Source: Microthyrium microscopicum
Taxonomy: Eukaryota
DNA: 64,000 bases
Direction of reading: 5' to 3'
Assembly: GCA_010405405.1 (NCBI GenBank)
Contig: MU004236.1
Location: forward strand, 62,001 to 126,000
Under the pieces are notes generated by a model that worked only from the letters and a program-made list of their open reading frames with translations, had not been told where the DNA came from and made no database searches. Position 1 is the first letter of the stretch. Each line of letters starts with the position of its first letter. Positions 35,428-47,446 of the stretch are shown here, piece by piece. The translations under genes were made by a program, and so were the position numbers.

Positions 35428-36191
35428 ATGACCTCAATTACCCGTTCCATGGTCTTAGGCCATGTCTTTAAATCAGCAGCTCGACCATCTGCCTTCGCAC
35501 GCCCCGCATCCCGACTCGCTCAATCGAGTTTGAAGTCCGCATCATTGCCATTCCAGAGTGCTCGCGTGGCTGCTTTCCATGTATCTGCTCGCAAGAACCT
35601 TTTCCCGGCTCCACCTCGTAAGCATTGGCTGTAAGCAATGGAGATGGACCGCTAATTGTAGTACAGAACGAGTCGTGGGAACCGTAAACGATCCAACCCC
35701 AATCAAAGAGAGCCACCCAGTACATGGAAGCTATCACTGGACCTTCGAGAGGTATAGAATATAATCAAATTCGGAAGGATGATATTCTGACTATGAATGA
35801 ATAGAGCGCTATCAGTTGGACTCATCCCTCTCACCGTAGCACCATTCATCGGCGGATCGCTCAACCCCATACTAGACTCGATTTTCTGCGCCACTTTACT
35901 ACTACACTCTCACATCGGCTTCGAGTATGTTCAATGATTCAAACATGGCCCAGGGTGATGCTAACGGTTATTGTAGTGCATGCATCACCGATTACTTCCC
36001 AGGCTACCGGATGCCAGGACTCAGGAACCTTATGACATGGCTCTTGAGAACAGCCACAGTCCTAACTGGTATTGGACTTTACGAATTTGAGACCAGTACG
36101 TTCTATCTCAAATATCTATAGGAAACCCATCTAACACACCGCAGACGATGTTGGTATAACCGCAGCTATCGCAAAGATCTGGAAAGCATAG
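35428..36191 (+). CDS. SDH4: Succinate dehydrogenase cytochrome b small subunit (CybS), multi-exon
   Basis: Long mitochondrial presequence, GTVNDP…HGSYHWTFER, HSHIGFE, CITDYFP, GLYEFET and DVGITAAIAKIWKA*. Confidence 0.93.
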
Positions 36192-36572
36192 ATTTCGGCC
36201 CATATATAAACGGAATGGTTTCGGTGCATCAAAGCGGATGGAATCGACGGCGATGTATCATGTGTATGTAAAGGTTTGAAACGATATCAAGGCATTCGAT
36301 AGGAGCTCAATGTACATGCATTTTATACTTCACACGATCTGCTGCACGATTTGGTGGTATTTTCAAGACATATTTGAAGAAACTAACTATAGGTATCCTA
36401 AATATCAAACCCGCATCGAATTCCTTGGTATCATATGTATCCATCGCCCGAACCATTCCGAAGCAAAGATAAGTCGGCGATCAAACGATCCAGCCGCCAA
36501 GAAACGCCAAAATTCACATGCGCCTTCTTTTGAATTCAGTCCCAAAATCAAATACATGTTCGAACACTTTGC

Positions 36573-38447
36573 TTATCCGAATACTGGTACATCTCGCGAA
36601 TCTCCAGGAGCCCGCAACGTAAATCCTGGTGTCTCATATCCAGGTGGCAACGAATGATTACTCTGCGTCCGCTGTGGCTGCGACATTTCAGTGCCTGTTG
36701 GGCCAACATATCGTGGCGCCATGGCCTCTTCAGCTTCCGCCCATGCTTGCTCAGCAACACTCTCCAATCGCTGTCTCTCCATTCCTGCTGCGGTACCTGC
36801 ACAGCTCACCTGGACAGGCAGTCTCAACGTCGTTGGTGCCGCAAATGTCTGTCCGGCTAAACTCAAGGCCAATTGCAACACGTATACCCGAGAAACCAGA
36901 CATGTATGGAAGGTTGGATGGAAACGCTTGTTTGTTGGCAGGCTTAGTGGGACTAATATGTGGGCTGTGTAGAATGGGCCATCGTGATAGCTTGGAGAGG
37001 GGGCGATGGGCGCGCCTGAACAGGATACACCCGATACGCTGGAAAAGGTAGACAGTGCGGACTCTGGGCGAGGAGATAAACTTATACTCGCAGTCGCGGC
37101 GTGCTTGGTCCACTCAACAGCTGGCACAGTGAAGGATGCAAGTGAAAGAGTCTCCCAGGCTGAGTCGGAGGTCAAGTCAGCAACCGGGCTCGCACGCTTT
37201 GGAAAGTCCTGGCGCGTTGTCGTCGCAAAAAATGTGCCAACCTTGAGCTTCGTCGAAATATTCTGCAGACGAGGCGGAGTTGCATCATCCGTGTCTGGAT
37301 CAAAGCGCAAATTGACGCGAACAGATGTTGTAGCGTGTTGGGGCTCGTGGGCTGCTGGCAGACGGAAGCTTTTGGGCTGGCTGGCTTCCATGACTAGAGC
37401 ACCGATCTTCCCTTTGAGCAGACCTTTTCTCAGCGTTTTGTCTTTGCGCAGGCAAAAGTCTCGGTCATCGTCGGTATTGAGCGGCGGATGCTCACTCGTG
37501 GTGGGCCGGATCTTGATTTTGCGGCTACCATCAGCGATGGTGCTTTTCTTCCCGCTGTTCTTGGTGCGGGTCAATTTCACGGCGATGGAGTAGGAGATTT
37601 TGACCTGTTCCGGTTCCAGAGATTCGCCCAACTTTTCTCCCATGCTCGGTGGAAGCATGAGGTGAAATTCGCGCAGATGGTTACTTATGGCGCTGTGAGA
37701 GCATGACCGTGGGAGAAGCTGTTGTGGCACAACAAAGGTAAATGGAAAGGTATACGCCTTTCCGGCCTTGAGAACTCGAGACTCTGGAATGTCATTGTCG
37801 CTGATGGGCTGTATGAGCTTGAGAAAGCGGTGTATTGCTTCTGAGCGGCCAACCATCGCGGATGAGCTACTGAGTTTGTCGACAAAAGTCTTGCCTACAC
37901 CTGTCATTGCGATCTCGAGGTTATCAAACTTCGTATCCGTGCGGGACACGATGCTGATGGAACCTTCGATCGGGTCGAACGTTGAGTATATCTTTTCGCC
38001 ATTGGTATTATTTTCATTGAGGGTGATGGTAATTTCCGGCTTGCCCAAATGGAGGGCATTGCGAACCGCTGAAGTCCCGTTGATTAGAGTTTGTGGCATA
38101 CGCTTTCTTATTGCTTTTCCTATTGAGTGTCGAAATCTTCTGGGTGATAGTAGAGCCCGGCGGAATCGTCTAAATCGACTTGGTTTTGGTGGTGGTGATG
38201 GTTCTTCGTCTTCGGATAGTGAACCGAATTGATGCAAGGCTGAAGCCGTACTAGGTAGTACCGGTGAGCTGGGTGATAGTGGAGAACTAATTGATATAGT
38301 GTGGCTGCTAGTCGAGGAACGAGTAGAAGCGTGTTGGGAGTCTTGGTTATTGTTGTTCTTATTTCTTTTGGGGTGTTTTCTTAATCGTAGGTGAAATCCA
38401 GGCCAGGCACGACCTTTCTTATATCTGAAGCCATTGGTACAACCCAT
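36573..38447 (-). CDS. Alpha-arrestin-like protein (arrestin N domain, C-terminal PY-like motif)
   Basis: IYSTFDPIEGSISI, HRFLKLIQP, YTFPFTFVVP…LPPSM, PTFHTCLVSRVYVL and C-terminal LPPGY. 624-aa uninterrupted ORF. Confidence 0.85.
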   Translation of the reverse strand: MGCTNGFRYKKGRAWPGFHLRLRKHPKRNKNNNNQDSQHASTRSSTSSHTISISSPLSPSSPVLPSTASALHQFGSLSEDEEPSPPPKPSRFRRFRRALLSPRRFRHSIGKAIRKRMPQTLINGTSAVRNALHLGKPEITITLNENNTNGEKIYSTFDPIEGSISIVSRTDTKFDNLEIAMTGVGKTFVDKLSSSSAMVGRSEAIHRFLKLIQPISDNDIPESRVLKAGKAYTFPFTFVVPQQLLPRSCSHSAISNHLREFHLMLPPSMGEKLGESLEPEQVKISYSIAVKLTRTKNSGKKSTIADGSRKIKIRPTTSEHPPLNTDDDRDFCLRKDKTLRKGLLKGKIGALVMEASQPKSFRLPAAHEPQHATTSVRVNLRFDPDTDDATPPRLQNISTKLKVGTFFATTTRQDFPKRASPVADLTSDSAWETLSLASFTVPAVEWTKHAATASISLSPRPESALSTFSSVSGVSCSGAPIAPSPSYHDGPFYTAHILVPLSLPTNKRFHPTFHTCLVSRVYVLQLALSLAGQTFAAPTTLRLPVQVSCAGTAAGMERQRLESVAEQAWAEAEEAMAPRYVGPTGTEMSQPQRTQSNHSLPPGYETPGFTLRAPGDSRDVPVFG

Positions 38448-41199
38448 GATTAAAACACCCGGCTAGGTAACCAGTGCTTGGTCTGGGCATCAAAGGATTT
38501 CGGAATTCCGATGTCAATTAAGCCCTTGTAAACAAGGCGAAGGAAGAGTAGTCTCTGGGACCCAGCCAGTTCAAGTCTGCCCCGTCCAAGTCTGTCGTCA
38601 ACGGCACCAGCCCCAGACTCTAGCTAATCGCGCAGTTGTCAAAAGCGCTTTGGTGTTCCACGGTCCTGGATGGCCGCTGTTACATGGTACAGGCCCGCAG
38701 CAACCGAGAGCTGGGATTCACGGGAAGGATTGAGTGATGAAATTGGCAGCCTATGACTGTGACCGCTCGTGGTTGGGAGGATTAGCGGAGAGGTCTGAGG
38801 TTCTTCCTTCGCCAAAGCTTGTTGATGGATCCAAAGACTCTTTTAGACCATTGAGGAGGTGAGTGTTGCCTTATGATGAATCGAAAACAGATGCCAGCAG
38901 CCCTGCTTTCTAAGCAACCTATCCTGCTATGAATGTACTATGAAGCTGGCGTCAAACCACGCCCTGCGACCCTGTCTGAGCAAAGTACATTTACATCATC
39001 TGCTACAAGCAAATTTTCTGACAACCTCGCATTCTTGCTAACTTGCTACGGCTCCTCATTGGAAGCAAGTTGTAAATGACGGGAGGGGCGGGGTGTCATC
39101 CGCATTGTCTACTACCAATGTCGAGCGACACCAAGCCTATTTCGCACTTCATTATCTACGCCTATCTTGACTCCACCACAATACAAACTCATATTGCTTA
39201 GATCCAGATTCGCTACCGTCAAAACAAAAGTGGGCACCGCCTTCGTCCAAACATGAGTCACCGATCCCCGCCCAAAATGATCCTCCCGCGTCTTGTCCGA
39301 AACACCCACAAAGAGGACATGGTTCACGAGGCTGCCAAAGATTTATTCCTTGTAGAACCACATTGGTTTCTCTTGCGGGGTGCGGTATACTATTTGGTCA
39401 GGGCAAGCTTGAAAATCTCTGAGCATGGTAGTAAGTTTGTGCCAAAAGAGAAATATGCATCAGAGCTTTACTCCTGCTAGTTCGATCTACGTCAAGCATA
39501 TGCACATATACTCCCGTCGGCTGCAGATTCTATTCTCGAGCTCTTCAGGCTAGTAGCGGCAGTTTCACAAGCGAATGAAGTGACTGCTTTCGAGCTTCAC
39601 AGCTTGAAAGCTTGCCATGTTGTCTACATACTGAACTTTGAGTTATAGACCATACGAGATCAGTTGATATCTAGTATCAATTTCATTTCATTTTCCCCAA
39701 AGATCAATCAGGGACTATATAGAGAGATTGAGCATTTTGAATATGCCTTCAGATCAACACGAGTATCAATCATTGAAAACAAGGCCTGCTCTGATGACAT
39801 TGCAATTGAGGCTGAGCAGCTTTCCAGTCACTGCATTGGTGTTCCACAACCAGATCTACTCAAGGGTGACACGGCGCGGAGTTACAAGCTTCTCTGTCTA
39901 GAGCCATACCACGTTCAGATCTTTAAAAGTATGCGTCAGGATAGAATCACAAGTGGTAAAGTACATCGGAGTATACCGCATAGTAGAAGGAAAACTTTAT
40001 ACCAATTGGATCAAAATTAGAATATAGAATCAATGGGATCAATGGGCATGATTGGTCTGCTATATCGGTTCAATTAGCAAAGAATAATTAGAACATTCTA
40101 ACACAAGGAACCCCTTCCGGCCCAATATAGCTTATTACTCTATATTCTAAAGGATCAAATCCTCCAAATTTGTAAAACCCTTAACCACCAGCATCTGCGG
40201 GCAGTGGTAGGTAATTGTCTATTCCTCCTTTACATAATGCAATCCCAACTACAATCTCTGCCGTATCCTTCTGTAGGGATCCTCGTATACCTCTGTATGG
40301 ATCCCCAGGTGTGTACTGGAAGTATCAGATGTATGGCATCAAATCAGCCTAATCATCCAGGCCCACGTTTTGTGATTGAAAACAAAGCATCACTGCCTGA
40401 ATCAACAACACACCGAAGTGGCGTGTTAAACCTCACTGCGGCAGTGCGGCATCAGGACTTGTTTTGTTTTGTTGCCTGGTTCTCGACTCAGGCTCGGCGC
40501 CTCGTTGTAGTTAATGGAAGAGCGACACAGGGATTAGGATTCATAAACATTTCGAACTGGTACATCTCCTCAAACTTTGATCGCAAAACAGAAGCGAAGA
40601 ACAGTTTAATTTTGTAGCAAAAGATCAAGTATATCCAAAATGTGGAAGTTTTAGCGATCGATACTATGCAAGTACATCCGGTATCAACAACATTCAAGCA
40701 ATGGATATAGTTTACATGCAAGACAAGCAATTCATGTACACCATACACGTCACACTACATCCCCCAGCTTTAGCTTCCATCCCGGCAACACATGCAGTCA
40801 GCGCCACGGTGTACACCAGGCAATGAGGTTTCCAACTCGCGCGCAAAATGCGGAGCAAATAGGCTGTGACTGTCGATCAGGAGCCTTTTCTGGTATAAAA
40901 TGTCACAAGCAAGACAAGCTGGCAAGGCTAATCAGCTGATTCTTCAATCTTTCTACGAGTAAGTCATAAAGAATGACGGTGAATGGGAACGAGTAACTTC
41001 TGATTTGACACGGTGTGAGATTGGTATCAGAATTTGGAATAGAATCGCGGTGGACTGTATTTGGCATCTGTATAACTATTCATGTCGTTACGCTAGTATG
41101 TATGTGTATCCAGTGGTCTTCATTTCGTTCATGTCTAAAGGCAGGTCCGCAGCAAATCGTAGCAGTACCCAACTTGATGGAGTATAAAACAGCAAATCA

Positions 41200-44100
41200 C
41201 TAAATCGAAGACTGGCCCTGCCTCGACGACTCTCCATCCTGCAAACTCTGCTGTCGAACATGTTCCAAGAGCGCTTCCTCTTCGTCCTTGAGTCTTCGTT
41301 GTTCCTCATCATGCTTCTTGGACTCTTCAATGGCCTTTTGTAGCTCTTCATCATGTGTCGCTGCTCCTGTGGTGGCACTTGATTCACCGTGCTTCTTCGA
41401 TTCCTCAATGGCTTTCTGGAGTTCATCCTCATGTAACTCTTCATCATGCATTCGGATTGGACCCGTTCGTTTCTTCGACTCTTCCATAGCCTTGCGCATG
41501 TCCTCGTCGTCATCCTCATGGACATGGTGAATTGGGCGATGCGTTCTAACGCTTTCTTCGATGGCTTGACGCAAGTGCTCATCATCGTGATCCTCATCAA
41601 CCTGTCTCATCTGCTCCAAGCTAGCCGTAATCGCTTTCTTTAGTTCTGTATCCTCCTCATGAGTTCCACTGGATTGTTGATCTTCGACGCGCATCGACAG
41701 CCTAATAGCCTCCTCCAGCTCCGCATCCTCATCCTCCGCATCAGGCGCCATGCGCTCACTAGATGCCGAGCTCACAGAAGTCTGTGGTCGCAGACTAGTG
41801 CTCGGCTCGTTGAGCGCCTGCATTGCCGCGTTATAAGAAGCGCCCTCTTTGCCTTTAACATGCTTGAGCTTCCTTTTTTCTTTGCGCTTATCAACGAATT
41901 GCTTGATAGCCTGCATGCCAGCCTTATCGCCCTTGTCCGTCTTGCCAAGGCCACGCTTGCCTTTGACTTCACTGAGACACTCAGCCCACTTATGCACAAT
42001 CGTGCGCTTCTCATTTTCGTCTGTGACCAAGAAGTCTGCATAGCCTTGGGCGACACGAGCAGCAATGATGTAGCTGCCCACGTTCTCGCCCAGACGTTTC
42101 TGAATCTCTTTGTATACGCCCATCATAGCATAGGCTGGCAGAGCATAGGCGGCAGCCGACGGCTTGACGACAATACCTGCCAGACCGCGGCCAATGCCTT
42201 TGATGAAGCCAGCGCCGCCTTCTTTCTTTGCGCCTTGCATGGGTTGCGTGATAAGACCAGTGATGCCATCAAAGAGACCAACGCCAAATTCTTTACCGGC
42301 GGTACGGAGACCACTTTTGACACCTGTAACGCGGTCGACTTGGCGGACTTCTTCGCCGTAGAGACCAGGGACGTTATGGAAGCCTTTGGAGACTGCCATG
42401 GTGAAATCGAGAGGGGCTTTAAGACCAGCGCCAATAATTTTGCTAATTCCTTTACCAGTACCGTATACGGTGTCGAGAGGATCTGGTGCTATATGGCATG
42501 ACTCCACGCGCTTGGCCTGAGTTGGTGATGTAGTGCCCGATCTACCAGGAGAGCCAGCTCGAGAATTGCTTCGGCTGTGTCGAGAGTTGCTTCTATTGGG
42601 TGAATGGGGTCGAGATGTCTCGGATAAAGAATGTAGTACCTCAGCCATAGATGAATGGCGACCTCTGGTGCTCTCGCCGCTGAGTGGGACATTCAACATC
42701 TCTCCACCTCCGGTAACACTAGTATTTGTGGTGGTTTGAGTTATCGTTGACCTTGTCTCTAGGCTGTCTCCAGATATCGTCGGCTCAAGGCGCGTGCTAT
42801 CCGATGTCGCCGTATCGAAAGTGTCAGCAATGCTTGCGCTGTCGTCGGGATATATTGGCGAAGTAGGTCTAAAATCTGTGGGTGATTCCGACATTGTCTG
42901 CTTTCTATCCGCAGATCGTGCGGATCCAGTAAGTGTAGATGTACTAGGAGACGTCAGACTAGGCGCACTGGTGGAAGAGCTTTCCGCTCTTAATCTAGCC
43001 TCTCTCTTCTTTTTGAAATTTTGGCCTGGGTTCGCAAGACCCTGAATGGCCTGAATAGGAACATCAGCAACTCCGCCTAGGATTGTACTCGCTGTCCCAA
43101 CAATGGCAACAGAGGCACCAGAGACGGGATCTGTGGGACCCATATCTCCTTCCCATTCGCGAGGTCGATATAACTTGAGATCGTCATAGTTTATGACATC
43201 TTGAGAAGCCAGCGCATATGCTGCAACGGCACTCAGGCGAATCTTGGTGCGCTTGACTCTCCAAACAGCTGTTCTTGTGGGCAGTAGCGAGCATCGAAGA
43301 CTATCCACATCAAGCATTTGATGAAAAGACTGCGCGCCAAGCTGAGTGCCATTTTCTTTGCTGATCCTAAATGCCAGCTCTTTTGCTCGTTCCTGAGACT
43401 CTGGCTTTAAGCAAAAGTCGATTGATTCCGCAAGCTGATCCGCTGACAAATCTTTATATGCAATCGGTGCTGGTCCAGCACCAGCTTTGGCAACCATGGC
43501 TCCCCACTATCTTGAAGTCAGTCATGGTTCTTCTGAAATATATTGAGACTTACAAACGGCTGATCGCCAAAGAAAGGTACGACCACGGTGGGTTTACCAG
43601 AGGCGATTCCTGCAGCTGTGGTTCCAGCACCTCCGTGATGGACTACACAAGATACGTGCTGGAAAAGCCAGTCATGGGGCACGTTGCCAAGCATGAATAC
43701 ACCATCAGGTATACCCAGCTGGTCAGCACCTAGTCCACCCCAGCCCTTGGAGACAAGTGCCCGCTGGCCGGTCTTCTTGACAGCTTGAAAGATAAGTTGT
43801 GTCATGGCGTTTGGATCGTCCACCACAATAGAGCCAAAGCCAATGTAGACAGGGGGTGGGCCAGCGTCAAGAAACGTCTTTAAATCCGGCTCTGGTGTGA
43901 AATTGGAAGCAAGAGAGAGAAAGTAGAAGCCAGATATGGAGATGTGAGCTGCCCAGTCCGCTGGTTTGGGGATAAGTGCAGGTGACCAGCAGTACGTATG
44001 AGGAACACGCATACGACCAAGGATACCAGGAGCCCAGAACAGACTAATCGGCTCGAGAGATAGGGTATGTACTCGAAATGAATTGATGACATCCCCGAGA

Positions 44101-45309
44101 CCTTGCCAGGTGAGCATATCAACAAGAGTGTATGATATGTAATTGGACATGGAAACATCCGCATTGGAAGACTGAATATTGGCCAATGGATGAGGAAAGG
44201 CCTGAGTAGGCGACCAAGGCATTCTTTTGAGGTTAGCAAAGTCAAATAGAGACACCAGGAACCCTACGTGAACATGATATGAAGCGGTATACCAAGCCGT
44301 TCTGCGCAATGAATATGCGCAAAGCTTGGTGGATTTGCTATGATACAGTCAGCAACAAATGGCTTTGATTTTGCTGCTGCCGCTGCGTCAGGAGACATGG
44401 CTTCTGGATCGGTCGTCTGCATCCATTCATTTACAGTATCATCGTTGACAGCGACTCCAGAGCCATCTCCAGCCTCGAAGCATGATCTCCAGCACCCACG
44501 AATCATGGCAGATATCTCTTTACGCCGTTTGCCAATATCGCCATTTCGAAGGGACTCAATGCCGGGCATCAATCCAGGATTTTTCACCATGAAAGCCATG
44601 AGCTCCGCAGGGTCACCACCTATACTGAAGAATTCAAGCCCGTTCTCTTCGACAAAGGTTTGGAAAGTTGGATGAGTTGCTAATCGGACTCGATGGCCAT
44701 ATGTTTCCTTCAAGACTTTTCCCAAGGCCACGAATGGTTGAACATCGCCTTGATTTAGTTATTAGCATCAATCCGGTAAACTATGCAACTATTTCATACC
44801 TCTTGAACCTACGACATGGATCACAACGTTCATGGATGGTGGACGAAGTGCATCTGGCGACCCTCCAAGTGATGGAGGAATATATGGCGGTGGAGGAGGC
44901 TCCTCAGGTTTACCAGACGGACGTAGTGCTGGCGCGAGGATGTTGGCAAGCTTTTTGGATCGTTGATTGATGGTGATATTCACGCGACCATCATTAGCAA
45001 CGGAAGCATTGGTGCCCAAATCTCCATTCTCTCCGTCATCATGGATAGTCCCTATTTCTTCAGTGTAGGGCGGTGGAGCTTGATTGTCATCATGATGCTC
45101 GCCATGTCCACCTTCGTGATCATCTGTAATCGTACTGATTGGCTATTTAGCAGGAAGCATATGTAAGGATTTCAAACTTACTGGTGCGAGGCACGATCCG
45201 ACATGCTTGGAATAGATGATGCAGGCGAATTTGCTACAGGCTCTTGTTCACTGGCATAGGGATGGCGAGATTTTCCTGTTGCATTGCGCTTGGTATCGTG
45301 GGACGACAT
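41200..45309 (-). CDS. Sterol 3-beta-glucosyltransferase-like GT1 protein with C-terminal UIM array (introns 45135-45181, 44749-44799, 44224-44267 and ~43507-43553)
   Basis: VVGSRGDVQPF, HRVRLATH, IIANPPSFAHIHCAE, PVYIGFGSI, VPHDWLF…HHGGAGTTAAG…VPFFGDQPFWG (UGT signature), followed by repeated D/E-x-L-x-x-A-I-x-x-S motifs. Confidence 0.92.
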
Positions 45310-46320
45310 GATCGCCTATTTAGTGCCTGGTAGACCAGGATATTAAAGATAGAAACACTATCCTCTAGGCAGGCATGAATGCTGTGCCGAGATCTGGGTA
45401 ATGTGGGTCTAGAAGTGTCTGGCTGGACTCTCGGGTGATCTGATTCGCAAATCTCGTATCGGGGTGTCCTAAGTCCTTTTTTGGCGCAGGTTGCCTCGCG
45501 TTATGTAGTCGCTTGTAGCTGAAAAACAACAATGTTCCTAAAGGGCATGGCAAATGCGAGAGGATGAAGCTGTGGGGCTGTAGGAGGCGGTGCTATCACG
45601 AAAGCTCCCGGCGAAAGTCATGGACCAGGGATGCGGGCAAGTAGATCAATGTATTCTGGCGGGCACTAACAAGGCGGAGATACTGGTGACGAAGCTTCTG
45701 TTGGTTGTAAACTGAAGCTTGACTGTTTTACTGGTTGCAGTGTAGAGTAACTGAGATGCCTGTTTTTATGAAAAAAAAGCGATGACGTTGGTCTAGATTT
45801 CATGCGCGTTGGTTTCACTCTCCAAGACAAGCGCTTTAAACTCAACACCATACGCATCTCCAACATCACCCAGGCGGCAGGCCTATCTTTTGGTACAGTA
45901 CTTGGCCATATTGTGCAGATCTCAAGCTTTCTTCTAAAATACACTGCATCTGCTATATCCTCTCATGGCCTGCCAACTCGATGCCTCAACTACTAGTAGT
46001 ATCAGGAGCTCTGTTTTTCGGCCTTTATAATCACACAGCACTGTGCGCATCAGAACTCGCCTAAAATAAGCGTGAACGCGTACTGATTACGCTATCATTT
46101 GTACCTTCATATTTCACTACATAGTACCTGTTAGTATCGCTGAATTTTAGGCTCCTTCTCTTCTACTTGCCTCGGCCTTCACGCTATTGCTTGTATTAGC
46201 AAGCATCTGGGTGACATCGTCAAGAATCAATTTAAACCATTAACCGCCCATCTAGAATACAAAATCATCCTGTCAAACTTAACATCGTCTAGCAGAAACT
46301 CTCAAGACATATCGGCCACC

Positions 46321-47274
46321 ATGGCTCCCTCCATAACTACACTCCTTGCCTCAATCGGCGCCATCTACACCACCGCCCGCATTCTCACGTTCTTCCGGAC
46401 CCTCAACCGACTCCTCCTCCATCGCTCCACCCTCTCCCGCTACATCTCCTCCAATACATCCACACCCAGCTGGGCCTTGATAACCGGCGCCTCTGACGGA
46501 GTAGGCAAAGGTTTCGCCCAAGAACTACTTGAGCGCGGTTTCAACGTCCTCCTGCACGGGCGCAACAAAGCCAAACTCGAAGCCCTCCAAACCACCTTCC
46601 AAGAAGCATACCCGGCCCGCACAATCAGTATCGCCATCGCCGATGCCTCCTCATATGAAGTCGCAGACCTCGATAAGATTGCGCAGCAAGTTAGCTCGCT
46701 GCCGGACGGTGGCCGATTACGCGTACTAATAAACAACGTCGGCGGCGCAGGCGCAGTAATCGGCAAACCAATCTGCCACACCTTCGCCGAGATGACCGGC
46801 AACGAAGTAGACACCTTGATAAACGTGAACGCCCGCTTCCCAGCACGTCTCACAAACGCTCTCATGCCCGTCCTCACCCAATCTCCATCACTGATCATCA
46901 ACATCGGCTCCATGGCCGGACAAGCCAGCCTTCCCTATCTGGTAATGTACAACGCAGTCAAAGCCTTCAATCTGTCCTTCTCCACAGGTCTCGCGGAGGA
47001 GATGAAATACCAAGGGCACGATGTACAGGTCATCGGGGTCGTGCTGGGTCCGACAGATACAGTTGGTGCGCCAGCAGCGGAGCCGGATACACCGGGGTCT
47101 CTTGAGCCGCGTGTGGCGGCGGCGGGAATATTAGATGGTGTTGGGAATGGGGAGGCGCTGATTGATGCGCATTGGAAACATTGGGGGATGAGAGCGATAA
47201 GTACGATGGTACCGCAATCGGCGGTGAGTAAGCAGATGCATGAGAGTTATTTGAAGACTCAGAAGAAGGTTTAG
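46321..47274 (+). CDS. Short-chain dehydrogenase/reductase (17-beta-HSD/3-ketoacyl-CoA reductase-like)
   Basis: Hydrophobic N-terminus, WALITGASDGVGKG, VLINNVG, NIGS and YNAVK catalytic motif. Confidence 0.9.
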   Translation: MAPSITTLLASIGAIYTTARILTFFRTLNRLLLHRSTLSRYISSNTSTPSWALITGASDGVGKGFAQELLERGFNVLLHGRNKAKLEALQTTFQEAYPARTISIAIADASSYEVADLDKIAQQVSSLPDGGRLRVLINNVGGAGAVIGKPICHTFAEMTGNEVDTLINVNARFPARLTNALMPVLTQSPSLIINIGSMAGQASLPYLVMYNAVKAFNLSFSTGLAEEMKYQGHDVQVIGVVLGPTDTVGAPAAEPDTPGSLEPRVAAAGILDGVGNGEALIDAHWKHWGMRAISTMVPQSAVSKQMHESYLKTQKKV

Positions 47275-47446
47275 AATCTTGGGGATTACGGAGTTGGGTA
47301 ATGGTCATGGTAAGATAGGAGCTATAGCACTTGTAAGTTTAGAGATAGATGGCTTCGTATGTCTTGCTCATTATTATATAGTTTGAATTATAGATCTCAG
47401 CCATAGGCTTATCATTACTCGATCTTTCCTGCACAATTGTCTAATA

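Noticed and set aside
39112..40748. Short ORFs between the arrestin and glucosyltransferase genes
   Set aside because: A stop-interrupted frame from ~39118 and other fragments have no recognisable homology; insufficient support even for a pseudogene call.
41659..42501. 280-aa plus-strand ORF (and similar antisense ORFs over CUL1, arrestin and the dehydrogenase)
   Set aside because: Antisense shadows of well-supported genes, caused by codon bias.
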